DNA of 19,507 bases, from contig CAMTVO010000003.1 of assembly GCA_947085205.1 (NCBI GenBank), positions 1 through 19,507 of the forward strand. Direction: 5' to 3'. Source of the stretch: an uncultured Nitrospiraceae bacterium (GTDB lineage Bacteria > Nitrospirota > Thermodesulfovibrionia > Thermodesulfovibrionales > Dissulfurispiraceae). Position numbers and translations under genes: made by a program. The notes under the pieces were generated by a model. That model worked only from the letters and a program-made list of their open reading frames with translations, was not told where the DNA came from and did no database searches. Position 1 is the first letter of the stretch; each line of letters begins with the position of its first letter. Positions 1 through 8,908 of the stretch are shown here, one piece after another.

Positions 1-61
1 TCTTCTTTTTTTCATACTCCACCCTTGCCATATACTCATCTTCCCTTTCGCTCGGTTTCAT
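1..61 (-). CDS. 5' part of a small protein running off the window edge, probably a TFIIB-type zinc-ribbon domain protein
   Basis: ATG at 61-59 overlaps the TGA of the upstream ORF (ATGA coupling) and reads MKPSEREDEYMARVEYEKKK. This resembles N-termini of bacterial zf-TFIIB proteins from recall. The Cys motifs lie outside the window. Confidence 0.55.
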   Translation of the reverse strand, partial: MKPSEREDEYMARVEYEKKK

Positions 62-282
62 AAACATTCCCTCCTTTTTTGAAGTTTGTTTTTTGCCTTT
101 TTCAATAACTTCCTCGCCCAGACAAATTCTGTGGCAAGGATTCCCAATCCTACCGGAATTACAATAAAAGCCGGACCCGGCAATACAATCATTGCAAGTC
201 CGACAGCCAAGAGTGTGAAGCCGATTACTGCCACCATAAGTTTCTTTACTTGTTTAGCGCTTTTAATAATTAATGGGGTCAT
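58..282 (-). CDS. PGPGW-family small transmembrane protein
   Basis: Hydrophobic hairpin with VLPGPA...GLGILATEFVWA motif and a basic C-terminal tail. Confidence 0.85.
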   Translation of the reverse strand: MTPLIIKSAKQVKKLMVAVIGFTLLAVGLAMIVLPGPAFIVIPVGLGILATEFVWARKLLKKAKNKLQKRRECL

Positions 283-294
283 AAATTATTAAAC

Positions 295-549
295 CTAATC
301 AAAAATATCAAATATCTTCCCGAATGTAGATTTCTTCTTATATTTGTATTTATCATAATACTCCTTCTTTTCCTTCCAGAGCGGCTTAAACTCATCATCA
401 AGAGATGCCTCTGCCTGTTTTATCTGACTGGTGATTTTACCCATTTCACCCTTATCAAGCCAAATACCGCCGCATGATATGCAGTGGTCAATAACCACAT
501 CATGCTTTACAACCTCAACCAGTTCACCATTACATCTTGGACATACCAT
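295..549 (-). CDS. TFIIB-type zinc-ribbon (zf-TFIIB) domain protein
   Basis: CPRC...IDHCISCGGIWLDKGE motif, C-terminal FGKIFDIFD, and SD-like GAGGAGG upstream. Confidence 0.85.
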   Translation of the reverse strand: MVCPRCNGELVEVVKHDVVIDHCISCGGIWLDKGEMGKITSQIKQAEASLDDEFKPLWKEKKEYYDKYKYKKKSTFGKIFDIFD

Positions 550-598
550 ACTTTAACCTCCTCTCTCAATCGAGATATTTTTTTACTACATTATACCA

Positions 599-1156
599 TT
601 ACATCTCTTTAATTGTTAATTCTGTGATTTCTGAAGGTATAGTTGCTACCTTTTTAAAATTAAACTCTAACCCATGCCTGCCCCTTCTATATTCATAGAC
701 CTCATTTTCAAGAGAAGCGATGATAACCTTTTTCTTAAAACCTAATGTTGCCATCTCCTTGTGATAGAAATCAATGGCTGCCATAAATTTCACCTTCCCT
801 TTATAGACAACAGTTCTTTTCTGATCAGTTATTGCATAAGAGACCCTTATCATGCCAGGGTATCGAGGGACAGGTTTGATGTCTTCTCCTGCAACATCCT
901 TTTCAGGTATCCTGTCAAAGGGCGATATCTCTTTAACCTTTTCTGTCATCTCTGGTGATATTTCTTTAGCCCTCTCTTTTATTGCAGTAAAGGCATCTTC
1001 TGCCTTTTTTATAGCCTCTCTTACTATCGTTTCTCCCCCTTTTGTCCATTCTGGAAATTGTTTCCATAAAAAACCTGCCCCTGCAATAAGTGCCCAGATT
1101 GTGATGATAACGACTACAATTCCACCAATGACTCCAAGTAAAATTACTTTCTTCAT
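599..1156 (-). CDS. Hypothetical protein with N-terminal membrane anchor
   Basis: 185-aa ORF starting MKK followed by a long hydrophobic stretch, with AGAGG SD upstream. No recognisable catalytic motif. Confidence 0.7.
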   Translation of the reverse strand: MKKVILLGVIGGIVVVIITIWALIAGAGFLWKQFPEWTKGGETIVREAIKKAEDAFTAIKERAKEISPEMTEKVKEISPFDRIPEKDVAGEDIKPVPRYPGMIRVSYAITDQKRTVVYKGKVKFMAAIDFYHKEMATLGFKKKVIIASLENEVYEYRRGRHGLEFNFKKVATIPSEITELTIKEM

Positions 1157-1174
1157 ATGAAAATACCTCTTTCA

Positions 1175-1271
1175 TCCTCCCCCTCCCATCAAGGGAGGGG
1201 ATTATCAGTTAGTTCCCTCTCCCCTTGCTGGAGAGAGTTAGAGCCTGCCCCGTACTTGATACGGGGGTGAG
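1175..1271. repeat. REP-like inverted palindrome doublet with nested mini-hairpin
   Basis: Perfect hairpin CCCCTCCC-ATCAA-GGGAGGGG (1180-1200), a related inverted copy CCCTCTCCCCTTGCTGGAGAGAG from 1215, and nested GCCTGCCCCGTACTTGATACGGGGG (1243-1267). Confidence 0.75.
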
Positions 1272-1550
1272 ACTGCGTATTACAAGCCAGTCAGGGAGGA
1301 CTATATCTTTTATGAAAAGCTCATATAAACCCACAGAAAAAATAAAAAGGGCTGTAGTAATGAGGAATATATCCATAAGCTCAATAAGGGCGACAAGAGA
1401 TAAAGGATCTTTTCCATAAGTTACAACAGGCCCCTTAATAACAAAAATAGTCTTAACAGCCCCCCACAAGAACGCTGCTGCTGAGGCAACAAGCAGTGAG
1501 ACAACCGCAATCAGAACAAGCGATTTACTTTTCTGGAGCAATTTTTCCAT
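1209..1550 (-). pseudogene. YqhA/UPF0114-family membrane protein, C-terminally truncated
   Basis: Likely start MEKLLQKSK at 1550. LIELMDIFLI...GLYELFI...LPDWLVI is typical of YqhA. The frame then enters repeat-derived sequence (TPVSSTGQALTLSSKGRGN) and the expected last transmembrane helices are missing. Confidence 0.7.
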
Positions 1551-1608
1551 GGTTTTAAAAAGAAAAATAATCAGGAAGCGGATCGATATCCTCAAACTAA
1601 AAAGACCT

Positions 1609-3672
1609 TTATGCAACCTGCTCTTTGCCCTGTATTTTTTCGAGCGCAAATAGAAGCTGTCCTTCCTGAACAGTATCGTTGAGCTTTACGCACACCTCGA
1701 CAATCTGACCGTCAAATGGAGATATAATGGCATTCTCCATCTTCATAGCCTCTAAGTTTGCAATCTCCTCGCCTTTATGTACAATATCGCCTACCTTAAG
1801 CGCTCCCCTCTCAGGATTGCCGATTCTCCATATATTGCCGTTTATCTGAGCGCCTATATCGCTTGGCCCTTTCGCCATCCTGATTTCGGCCTTCTTTACC
1901 CTCGGCGTCTCTACCTTATAAACTCTCGTCTTGTTATTAACCCTCATTACTACATGAATTATACCCTCATGCTCCGCGCCTATCGAAACAAGCTCTACGC
2001 TGTAAGGCTTTCCCCATAGTTCGAAATCAACCCTGTCGCCTGGCTTCTTCAGACCTTCTCTCCATACATCGGTCGGAAGCGCAAGCGGAGCCTCGCCGTA
2101 TTTCTCTCTGAATTCTATAAATTCAAGCGCATCCTTAAGATGCATGAGATAAAGGATAAACTCTTCCTCGTTTACCTCCCTGCCGAGGCTGTCGCAAAAC
2201 TCCCTTCTTATCCTTTCGAGGTCGTCGTCCGGCACCGAATCAAGAGGCGAAAGCTCTTTTCTTTCTTTAATCTTTGACTCCCACTCTTCGCCGAATGTGC
2301 TTTTGTATACCCATTCTGCAGGCCAGCCTACAGGAAGTTTTCCATAATTGCCGAGGAGGAGGTTCTTAAAGTCTCCCGGAGCATTCCTGAAGAGCATGAG
2401 CAGTTCTTCCTGCTCATCCTTTTCCATTGCATCAAAATCCTGAGCCTTTTGTTCAACAAATTTTGTCATGAGCTCGATTATATGCTTTACTCCTGCGTCT
2501 CCGCGCTCCTTTGCATATCTGTTCACTATGCCGCTGCATGTGACCCATGTAATTTGGGAGCCCGGCGTGACGTCAAAATACTTCACAACCCTGTTATAAA
2601 GCGACATCAGTTTCAATATCGCAGGCATAAGATGAAGGAATTCCGCCTTTTGCGCCTGCTCAAAGGAACTTGGGAATGCGCCTCCTGGCATTTTGTGCAG
2701 CGTAACTGTGTGGTCGAGTCCTTTAAAAGGCGATTCAGCCCATTCATAATGCCCTATCCATTCCCTGACTTTCTGGACAGCGGCCTCTGCCTCTGCCCTG
2801 TTGAGATGGACAGGTATCCCTGATTCTTCAAAGATTGCATGTACGCTGAGTATCGGAGAATGGCCGTAAAAACGGACTAATGAATCTTCTTGTACATCAA
2901 ATATCTTTGCGCCTGCTTTCGCGGCGGATAAAACGGCCGTAATCGCAAGTCCGTCTGTTATATGCCTATGGTAATTGACAACAAGCTCCGGATATGTCTG
3001 TTTTATCGCATCTATAAGATTACCTATCCTATTGACATCTCCTACCCCTGCCATATCCTTAATACAAAGGACTATCTCGTCGACTCCGCTGCACAGGTCG
3101 ACAATGTCTCGCACAACACTGAGGTAATATCCATTTGTTGCCCAATCTGCTACGGTAAAGGATATTGTAGGCTCAAAGAGCCGGCCCCTTTTCATCACGA
3201 CTTCTGCTACAGCACGCATATTCCTTACATCGTTAAGGAAGGAAAAACATCTCCAGACATCTATATCCACCTTCGATACGACATATTCAATAACATTCTT
3301 TGGATAAGGCCTGTAGCCCCAGAGGTTTGTTTCCCTTATCAATGTCTGGAGCAGGACATCAGGCATCAGTTCCCTGAGAATATTAATCTCCTCAAAGGGA
3401 CTTTCCTTTCTGTTCATTATCCCAACGTGCCATCTTGCACCGCCGTGACATTCTGAACTGAAAAGCCCCATATTGTTGTAATAAGGAGCAAGGGTTTTTA
3501 AATCGTATATGCGATGCCTGTTCTTGAAATCGGACTGTCCCGCATCCCTCATCCCTACGGATGTAAGACAGACACCTTTAAGAGAATGCACTGCTTTCAC
3601 TATCTCTTTCGGCGACATGCCCGGTTTTACAAAGATACTGTTTCCCGCAATTTTCCCCTGATTTCCTGCCAT
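1609..3672 (-). CDS. pycB: Biotin-dependent carboxylase, carboxyltransferase plus biotin-carrier subunit (pyruvate carboxylase subunit B-like)
   Basis: RDAGQS, CIKDMAG, HRH, MPGG and VTPGSQ carboxyltransferase motifs, and the EAMKME biotinylation site. ATG at 3672 is preferred over TTG at 3696, which lies inside a tandem repeat. Confidence 0.8.
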   Translation of the reverse strand: MAGNQGKIAGNSIFVKPGMSPKEIVKAVHSLKGVCLTSVGMRDAGQSDFKNRHRIYDLKTLAPYYNNMGLFSSECHGGARWHVGIMNRKESPFEEINILRELMPDVLLQTLIRETNLWGYRPYPKNVIEYVVSKVDIDVWRCFSFLNDVRNMRAVAEVVMKRGRLFEPTISFTVADWATNGYYLSVVRDIVDLCSGVDEIVLCIKDMAGVGDVNRIGNLIDAIKQTYPELVVNYHRHITDGLAITAVLSAAKAGAKIFDVQEDSLVRFYGHSPILSVHAIFEESGIPVHLNRAEAEAAVQKVREWIGHYEWAESPFKGLDHTVTLHKMPGGAFPSSFEQAQKAEFLHLMPAILKLMSLYNRVVKYFDVTPGSQITWVTCSGIVNRYAKERGDAGVKHIIELMTKFVEQKAQDFDAMEKDEQEELLMLFRNAPGDFKNLLLGNYGKLPVGWPAEWVYKSTFGEEWESKIKERKELSPLDSVPDDDLERIRREFCDSLGREVNEEEFILYLMHLKDALEFIEFREKYGEAPLALPTDVWREGLKKPGDRVDFELWGKPYSVELVSIGAEHEGIIHVVMRVNNKTRVYKVETPRVKKAEIRMAKGPSDIGAQINGNIWRIGNPERGALKVGDIVHKGEEIANLEAMKMENAIISPFDGQIVEVCVKLNDTVQEGQLLFALEKIQGKEQVA

Positions 3673-3698
3673 TACTCTATCACTCCAATACTCCAATT
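3671..3698. repeat. Degenerate 8-bp tandem repeat (ATTACTCT ATCACTCC AATACTCC), copy 1
   Basis: CACTCCAATACTCCAATT at 3681-3698 matches 7891-7908 at 17 of 18 positions. Confidence 0.6.
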
Positions 3699-3703
3699 AG
3701 TAT

Positions 3704-5170
3704 CTACATCCATTTCTGAGGTCCGAGCGCCGATATCTCCGCCACATACCTTGCAACTTTAAGCGCTTCATCCTCGCTTGTTTTCTCTCTAAACATTGAT
3801 ATAAGCTCGCTCATATGCTCTTCTATAAATCTGGTCGAAAACTCTCCTGCAATAAAGGCAGGATGCCTGATTATGCTCAACAAAAGCGGCGCAAGGGTCT
3901 TTATGCCTTCCACCCTGAGATTCCTGCTCAATGCGCGGTCCATAGTCCTTACAGCATCTTCCCTGTCAGCCCCTGCTGTCATAAGCAGCATAAAAAGCGA
4001 GTCATAATAAGGAGGAATATCTGCGCCTTCATATACGCCTGATGCTATTCTTACTCCAGGGCCGTGAGGTATCTCAAGACGTGTGATAGTTCCGAATGAA
4101 GGGCTGAATGTCTTCGGATCTTCTGCATTAAGACGCACTTCAAGCGCCCATCTGTTGGGATGAATGTCTGACTGTTTGAATGGCAGTTTCTTACCCGCCA
4201 CCACATCCATCATTATGCCGACTATATCGAGACCTGTTATAAGTTCTGTTACGCCGTGCTCAACCTGAAGTCTTGTATTCACCTCGAGGAAATAGAATTT
4301 CTTTACAGAAGAATCGAAAATAAACTCCACTGTGCCTGCGGTCGTATAGCCTATCTCCCTCATCAGGCGGACTGCTGTAAAGCATATCTCCTGCCTGAGG
4401 TCTTCATCGAGGGAAGGCGAAGGCGCTTCCTCTATTATCTTCTGGTTGCGTCTCTGAAGCGTGCATTCCCTCTCAAATAGATGAATTACATTGCCGTGTT
4501 CGTCGGCAACTATCTGGACTTCTATATGCCTTCCGCTCTCGATATATTTTTCGACCAGTACGGTGTCGTTTCCAAAGGCTTTTTTTGCCTCTGAACGTGC
4601 CTGCGCAAAGGCCTGTGCAATCTGGTCTTCATCTTCTACCTTTACCATTCCCTTTCCGCCGCCGCCTGCCGCAGCCTTAATCATAATCGGAAATGAGACT
4701 TTTTCAGCCTTCATCCATTTTTTTATCTGATTGATGTCTGTGACATTGTTGATTCCCGGAATTGTCGGCACATTCGCCTTCTGCGCAATCTGCTTGGCCT
4801 CTATTTTGTCTCCCATCAGCCTTATAATCTTAGGAGAAGGGCCTATCCATATCAGTCCTGCATCTATAACCTTCTGTGCGAATTCCTCATTCTCCGCAAG
4901 AAAACCCCATCCCGGATGTATTGCATCAGACTTGCTCTGGAGCGCTGCATTAATCATCTTATCCATATTTAGATAGGATTCTATGGGAGGAGCCTCTCCG
5001 ATATGCACTGCCGTATCGGCCATGAATACATGATGCGCAAGGCGGTCGGGAGTGCTGTAAACCGCAGTTGTAGGAATCTTTCTGTCCCTGCATGTATGCA
5101 TAACCCTTACAGCAGGAACTCCCCTGTTTGCAATCAATACCTTTTTAATCTTTCTTTCCAATGTCGCCAC
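3704..5170 (-). CDS. pycA: Biotin carboxylase subunit (pyruvate carboxylase subunit A / AccC-like)
   Basis: KKVLIANRG, IHPGWGFLAEN, KAAAGGGGKGM, ERECTLQRRNQK, FLEVNTRLQVEH and RLNAEDP motifs. Start is uncertain: GTG 5170 or TTG 5161 fit the homology better than 5263. Confidence 0.88.
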   Translation of the reverse strand: MATLERKIKKVLIANRGVPAVRVMHTCRDRKIPTTAVYSTPDRLAHHVFMADTAVHIGEAPPIESYLNMDKMINAALQSKSDAIHPGWGFLAENEEFAQKVIDAGLIWIGPSPKIIRLMGDKIEAKQIAQKANVPTIPGINNVTDINQIKKWMKAEKVSFPIMIKAAAGGGGKGMVKVEDEDQIAQAFAQARSEAKKAFGNDTVLVEKYIESGRHIEVQIVADEHGNVIHLFERECTLQRRNQKIIEEAPSPSLDEDLRQEICFTAVRLMREIGYTTAGTVEFIFDSSVKKFYFLEVNTRLQVEHGVTELITGLDIVGIMMDVVAGKKLPFKQSDIHPNRWALEVRLNAEDPKTFSPSFGTITRLEIPHGPGVRIASGVYEGADIPPYYDSLFMLLMTAGADREDAVRTMDRALSRNLRVEGIKTLAPLLLSIIRHPAFIAGEFSTRFIEEHMSELISMFREKTSEDEALKVARYVAEISALGPQKWM

Positions 5171-5307
5171 CCGCTGAATATTAAAACTTGCCAATTGAAA
5201 TTTGCCAATTAAGACTTGACTGTACGGCTGTACATTATTGCCGGATTTAACAAAAAATATCAAATGACCTTTTAATTTACAACAGTTCTTTACATTTCAT
5301 ACAGCGA

Positions 5308-5333
5308 CTTATTAGAATATAAGCAAAACTCAT
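5308..5333. promoter_or_regulatory. Putative LysR binding site (T-N11-A) in the divergent promoter region
   Basis: ATAAG-CAAAA-CTCAT (5319-5333) is an imperfect palindrome with T5320-N11-A5332. It overlaps CTTAT-N6-ATAAG (5308-5323). Confidence 0.45.
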
Positions 5334-5356
5334 ATTTTTTTCAAAAACATCCGATA

Positions 5357-6274
5357 ATGATAGAAAAATTCAAGATATTCTGCGCCGTCGTAGAAACCAG
5401 AAGTTTCTCCAAGACGTCAAAAATCGTGCACATCACGCAGCCTGCAGTAACTCTGCAAATTCAGGCCATCGAAGAGCTATTCGAAACAAAGCTTTTTGAC
5501 AGGACAGGCAATTCATTAAGCCTTACCGCTGCTGGAGAAATCCTTTACAGGCATGCGCGAGACATCCTAAAGACCTATTCCGCATTGGAAAAGGAGATAT
5601 GGAAGATTACAGGCACGATAAAGGGAGGAGTCACAGTCGGCGCAAGCACAACTATCGGCAATCACGTGCTGCCCGATATAATAATCAGCTTCAAAAAGAG
5701 GCATCCTAAGATAAAAATAAGCGTCCATATAGGCAATACAAAAAGAATCGAGGATTTACTGACTTCAGGGTTTATCGATTTCGGATTGATAGCAGGAGAA
5801 CCTTCAAAAAGCAACTTAAAGGCCGAGATGATGATGTCGGATGAACTTGTTTTTATCACGCCGCCCTTTCATCCATGGTCTAAAAAGAACTTCATCTCGG
5901 TTTATGAGGCAATAAAAGAGCCGTTTATCCTAAGAGAGGAAGGCTCCGGCACAAGACAGAAAGTAGAAGAGTATCTTGAATCCCACGGCATCCGAATAGA
6001 AAAACTGCACATTGCACTGATGCTTGGAAGCAATGAGTTGATAAAAGAGGCGGTGAAGTCCGGCATAGGCATATCCGTTGTCTCAAAGCTGTCCGTTCAA
6101 AAAGAGGTGGAACAAGGGAAACTGAAAGTTGTGGCTCCAAGGGAAGGAAGGATGCTCAGAAATCTATCTTTAATCTTTCCCCAGAAGGCGCATTTCCCGC
6201 CGTCTACCGAAGAGTTCATCCTTTTCACCAAAAGATACATCCGCGAAAATTTCGCATTGGAAAAAGAATTTTAA
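5357..6274 (+). CDS. LysR-family transcriptional regulator (CysL/YeiE-like substrate domain)
   Basis: N-terminal HTH SFSKTSKIVHITQPAVTLQIQAIEELFETKLFDR, plus GASTTIG and FILREEGSGTR; 305 aa. Confidence 0.93.
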   Translation: MIEKFKIFCAVVETRSFSKTSKIVHITQPAVTLQIQAIEELFETKLFDRTGNSLSLTAAGEILYRHARDILKTYSALEKEIWKITGTIKGGVTVGASTTIGNHVLPDIIISFKKRHPKIKISVHIGNTKRIEDLLTSGFIDFGLIAGEPSKSNLKAEMMMSDELVFITPPFHPWSKKNFISVYEAIKEPFILREEGSGTRQKVEEYLESHGIRIEKLHIALMLGSNELIKEAVKSGIGISVVSKLSVQKEVEQGKLKVVAPREGRMLRNLSLIFPQKAHFPPSTEEFILFTKRYIRENFALEKEF

Positions 6275-7383
6275 ATCAGCTTTTCGATATATTCCAATTT
6301 TTCCTTAACATCGTCTTCGGTTTTGCCTAATATATTTATATGTCCCATCTTTCTTCTTTCCCTGACGTCCTTTTTTCCGTAAAGGTGCAGCTTCACGCCC
6401 GGAATGGACAATAGACGCTCAAAATTTAAATCTCCTATTCCCTTGCCGAGGATATTCAGCATAGCAGCAGGGGCTAAAAGTTGAGGGGCTGTTAAGGGCA
6501 AATCGCAGATGGCTCTTAAATGCATTTCAAACTGGGATATATCGCAGGCATCGAGGGTATAATGGCCTGAATTATGCGGCCGCGGGGCAAATTCATTTAT
6601 GAGAATATCATCATTTTTGAGCAGGAACATTTCGACAACAACGACGCCTACAAGGTCAAGCGCTTTTGCAAGTTCCGATACAATATCGTATGCCTTTTTT
6701 TCGGCCTTTTCGCTTATCCGTGAAGGGGCAATGGTATAAAAAAGTATACCCTCTTTATGAAGATTTTCGACCACAGGGTAAAGGACAATATCGCCTTTCC
6801 TGTTACGAGCGCAGATGACTGATATCTCTTTTACAAAAGGAACTAACTCTTCCGCTATTATCTCTTCTTTTAAATCGTCTTTAATATTTTCATAATCGAC
6901 TATATTCCTTATCACATAAAGCCCCTTGCCGTCATAACCGCCGGTGGCTGTCTTTACCATCAAGGGAGTTTTACCAACGAGAGGCTGAATTTGGCAGCCG
7001 TCATTAAAAATCCAGAACCGCGGGACAGGAAATCCTTTATCCGAAAGAAAGGTCTTTTCGGATACCCTGTTTCGCTTTATGTCAAGAATAGCCGGAGAGG
7101 GGAAGACAGGAATGTTTTCTTCTATTTTTTTAACTATATCGATGTCGAAATGCTCAAACTCATATGTCGCCACATGGCATGCCCTAACGAAATCCATAAA
7201 AGAATCCGTACTAAAAGCCTCATTAGCAACCTGAGCGGCAGGGCCTTCTGTGTCGGGGTCTATAACTGCCGAATAATAGCCCATCCTTCTACATTCGAGA
7301 ATTAACATCCGGCCCAGTTGCCCACCTCCTATGACTCCTATCTTCGAGCCGGGCAAAAGAGGCGTTCCATTATTCTTCATCAT
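6271..7383 (-). CDS. purK: N5-carboxyaminoimidazole ribonucleotide synthase
   Basis: [38 protein letters not shown] and LHLYGK...RRKMGHIN motifs; overlaps purE. Confidence 0.96.
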   Translation of the reverse strand: MMKNNGTPLLPGSKIGVIGGGQLGRMLILECRRMGYYSAVIDPDTEGPAAQVANEAFSTDSFMDFVRACHVATYEFEHFDIDIVKKIEENIPVFPSPAILDIKRNRVSEKTFLSDKGFPVPRFWIFNDGCQIQPLVGKTPLMVKTATGGYDGKGLYVIRNIVDYENIKDDLKEEIIAEELVPFVKEISVICARNRKGDIVLYPVVENLHKEGILFYTIAPSRISEKAEKKAYDIVSELAKALDLVGVVVVEMFLLKNDDILINEFAPRPHNSGHYTLDACDISQFEMHLRAICDLPLTAPQLLAPAAMLNILGKGIGDLNFERLLSIPGVKLHLYGKKDVRERRKMGHINILGKTEDDVKEKLEYIEKLI

Positions 7384-7858
7384 AAAGCTTTGTGCCGGAT
7401 ACTTTATCCCTTAATGCCTGCATATAGGCAAACACCCTTCCCTGAATTTCAGGGTATTTTATTCCCAGTATCCTCGCTGCAAGTATCCCTGCATTTTCTG
7501 CGTTATTTATCGCCACAGTGGCCACAGGAATGCCGGCCGGCATCTGGACAATCGACAAAAGGGAGTCCAGACCGTTGAGCGCTGTTGTCTTTACAGGCAC
7601 ACCTATAACAGGCAGGGTGGTTTTAGAAGCGGTCATCCCCGGCAGATGTGCAGCTCCGCCTGCGCCTGCTATTATCACCTCAAGCCCTCTGTCCTTTGCA
7701 GCTTCTGCGTATCTGAACATCTCATCAGGCGTTCTATGGGCTGATTTTATTGATATTTCATATGGTATTTCCAATTCTTTAAGAATATCCGCTGCCTTCT
7801 GCATCACAGGCAGGTCGCTCTTGCTTCCCATAATAATTCCAACAAGCGGCTTTGTCAT
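7370..7858 (-). CDS. purE: N5-CAIR mutase
   Basis: [33 protein letters not shown] and [14 protein letters not shown] motifs. Confidence 0.97.
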   Translation of the reverse strand: MTKPLVGIIMGSKSDLPVMQKAADILKELEIPYEISIKSAHRTPDEMFRYAEAAKDRGLEVIIAGAGGAAHLPGMTASKTTLPVIGVPVKTTALNGLDSLLSIVQMPAGIPVATVAINNAENAGILAARILGIKYPEIQGRVFAYMQALRDKVSGTKLYDEE

Positions 7859-7880
7859 AATAACTCCTCATTTATGAACC

Positions 7881-7908
7881 AAGATCCCAACACTCCATTA
7901 CTCCAATT
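7881..7908. repeat. Degenerate 8-bp tandem repeat (AAGATCCC AACACTCC ATTACTCC), copy 2
   Basis: CACTCCATTACTCCAATT at 7891-7908, 3 nt past the htpX stop codon. Confidence 0.6.
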
Positions 7909-7911
7909 CTT

Positions 7912-8760
7912 TCAGCCTCCCATCCTCATGGATTCGAGCCTTGCTATCCTCTCGTCCATAGGCGGATGTGTGCTGAAAAGCTTTAAAAGTCCTCCGCCTG
8001 ATAACGGACTTACAATAAACATATGCGCTGTAGCAGGGTTTGCGTTCATCGGTATCCTCTGGGATGCCATGTGAAGTTTTTTAAGGGCGTTGGCGAGATG
8101 CATGGGACTGCCTGCTATGGCAGCGCCGCCCTTGTCCGCTCCGTATTCCCTTGAACGTGAAATCGCCATCTGAACGAGCATAGCGGCAATAGGGCCTACA
8201 ATCATCATTACAATGGATGCAATGGGATTGCTGCTGCCTTCCTCATCGTTATTCCTTCCGCCGAATATCATAGCCCACTGCGCCATCTGTGCAAGATAGC
8301 TTATTGCGCCTGCAATTGTAGCTGCAACTGTGCCTACGAGTATGTCCCTGTGCTTGATATGGGCAAGTTCGTGTCCTATCACACCTTCAAGCTCTTCCCT
8401 CGACAGAATTCTCATAATGCCTGCAGTTACAGCAACAACGCCTTTCTTAGGATTTCTGCCTGTAGCAAATGCATTGGGCTGGTCTTCATCCATAATATAA
8501 ACCATTGGCATTGGAAGTTCTGCCCTGTGAGCGAGCCTTCTTACCATGCCGTAAAGCTCCGGCGACTCTGCCTCGCTGACTTGCCTTGCGCGGTACATCT
8601 TGAGCACAATCTTGTCGCTGAACCAGTAGGTGATAAAGTTCATGCCGAAGGCCATTATAAGTGCAAATGTCATCCCAGACTTGCCACCTAACATACCCCC
8701 AATTGCCACGAGCATGAGGGTCAGGGTTACCATCAAAACCATTGTCTTTAATCCGTTCAT
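7912..8760 (-). CDS. htpX: Zinc metalloprotease HtpX (M48 family)
   Basis: [13 protein letters not shown] zinc motif, [15 protein letters not shown] and N-terminal TM helices; GGAGG SD. Confidence 0.96.
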   Translation of the reverse strand: MNGLKTMVLMVTLTLMLVAIGGMLGGKSGMTFALIMAFGMNFITYWFSDKIVLKMYRARQVSEAESPELYGMVRRLAHRAELPMPMVYIMDEDQPNAFATGRNPKKGVVAVTAGIMRILSREELEGVIGHELAHIKHRDILVGTVAATIAGAISYLAQMAQWAMIFGGRNNDEEGSSNPIASIVMMIVGPIAAMLVQMAISRSREYGADKGGAAIAGSPMHLANALKKLHMASQRIPMNANPATAHMFIVSPLSGGGLLKLFSTHPPMDERIARLESMRMGG

Positions 8761-8849
8761 TTTTTACACCTCCAAATTAAAAGACCTTTACTGCAACGAA
8801 TACTTATTAATAAATAGTTTACCAATAAATACTCACTGCGGTAAAGGTC

Positions 8850-8878
8850 TTGACATTTTATGTAACAAATGTTACTCT
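8850..8878 (+). promoter_or_regulatory. Sigma70-type promoter of the chrB operon
   Basis: TTGACA (8850-8855), 17-bp spacer, TACTCT (8873-8878), 30 nt upstream of ATG 8909. Confidence 0.7.
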
Positions 8879-8897
8879 CTAATCAAGAGTTACATAA
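8858..8897. promoter_or_regulatory. Putative operator (GTAAC/GTTAC inverted repeats) overlapping the promoter
   Basis: GTAAC-AAAT-GTTAC (8862-8875), and a perfect 9-bp inverted repeat TTATGTAAC (8858-8866) / GTTACATAA (8889-8897). Confidence 0.6.
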
Positions 8898-8908
8898 GTG
8901 AGGACGCA

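Noticed and set aside
1551..1649. N-terminal extension of the YqhA ORF
   Set aside because: It overlaps the end of pycB, and family-like sequence begins at MEKLL (1550).
5171..5263. N-terminal extension of biotin carboxylase
   Set aside because: Homology begins at KIKKVLIANRG; the extension lies in the AT-rich divergent promoter region.
5357..6274. Linking the LysR regulator to selenium metabolism and the selenoprotein
   Set aside because: The subfamily resemblance is too generic, and its position points to the carboxylase as the target.
8630..8908. 93-aa N-terminal extension of ChrB in the ORF track
   Set aside because: It overlaps htpX on the opposite strand and covers the promoter and operator. 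The SD and homology point to ATG 8909.
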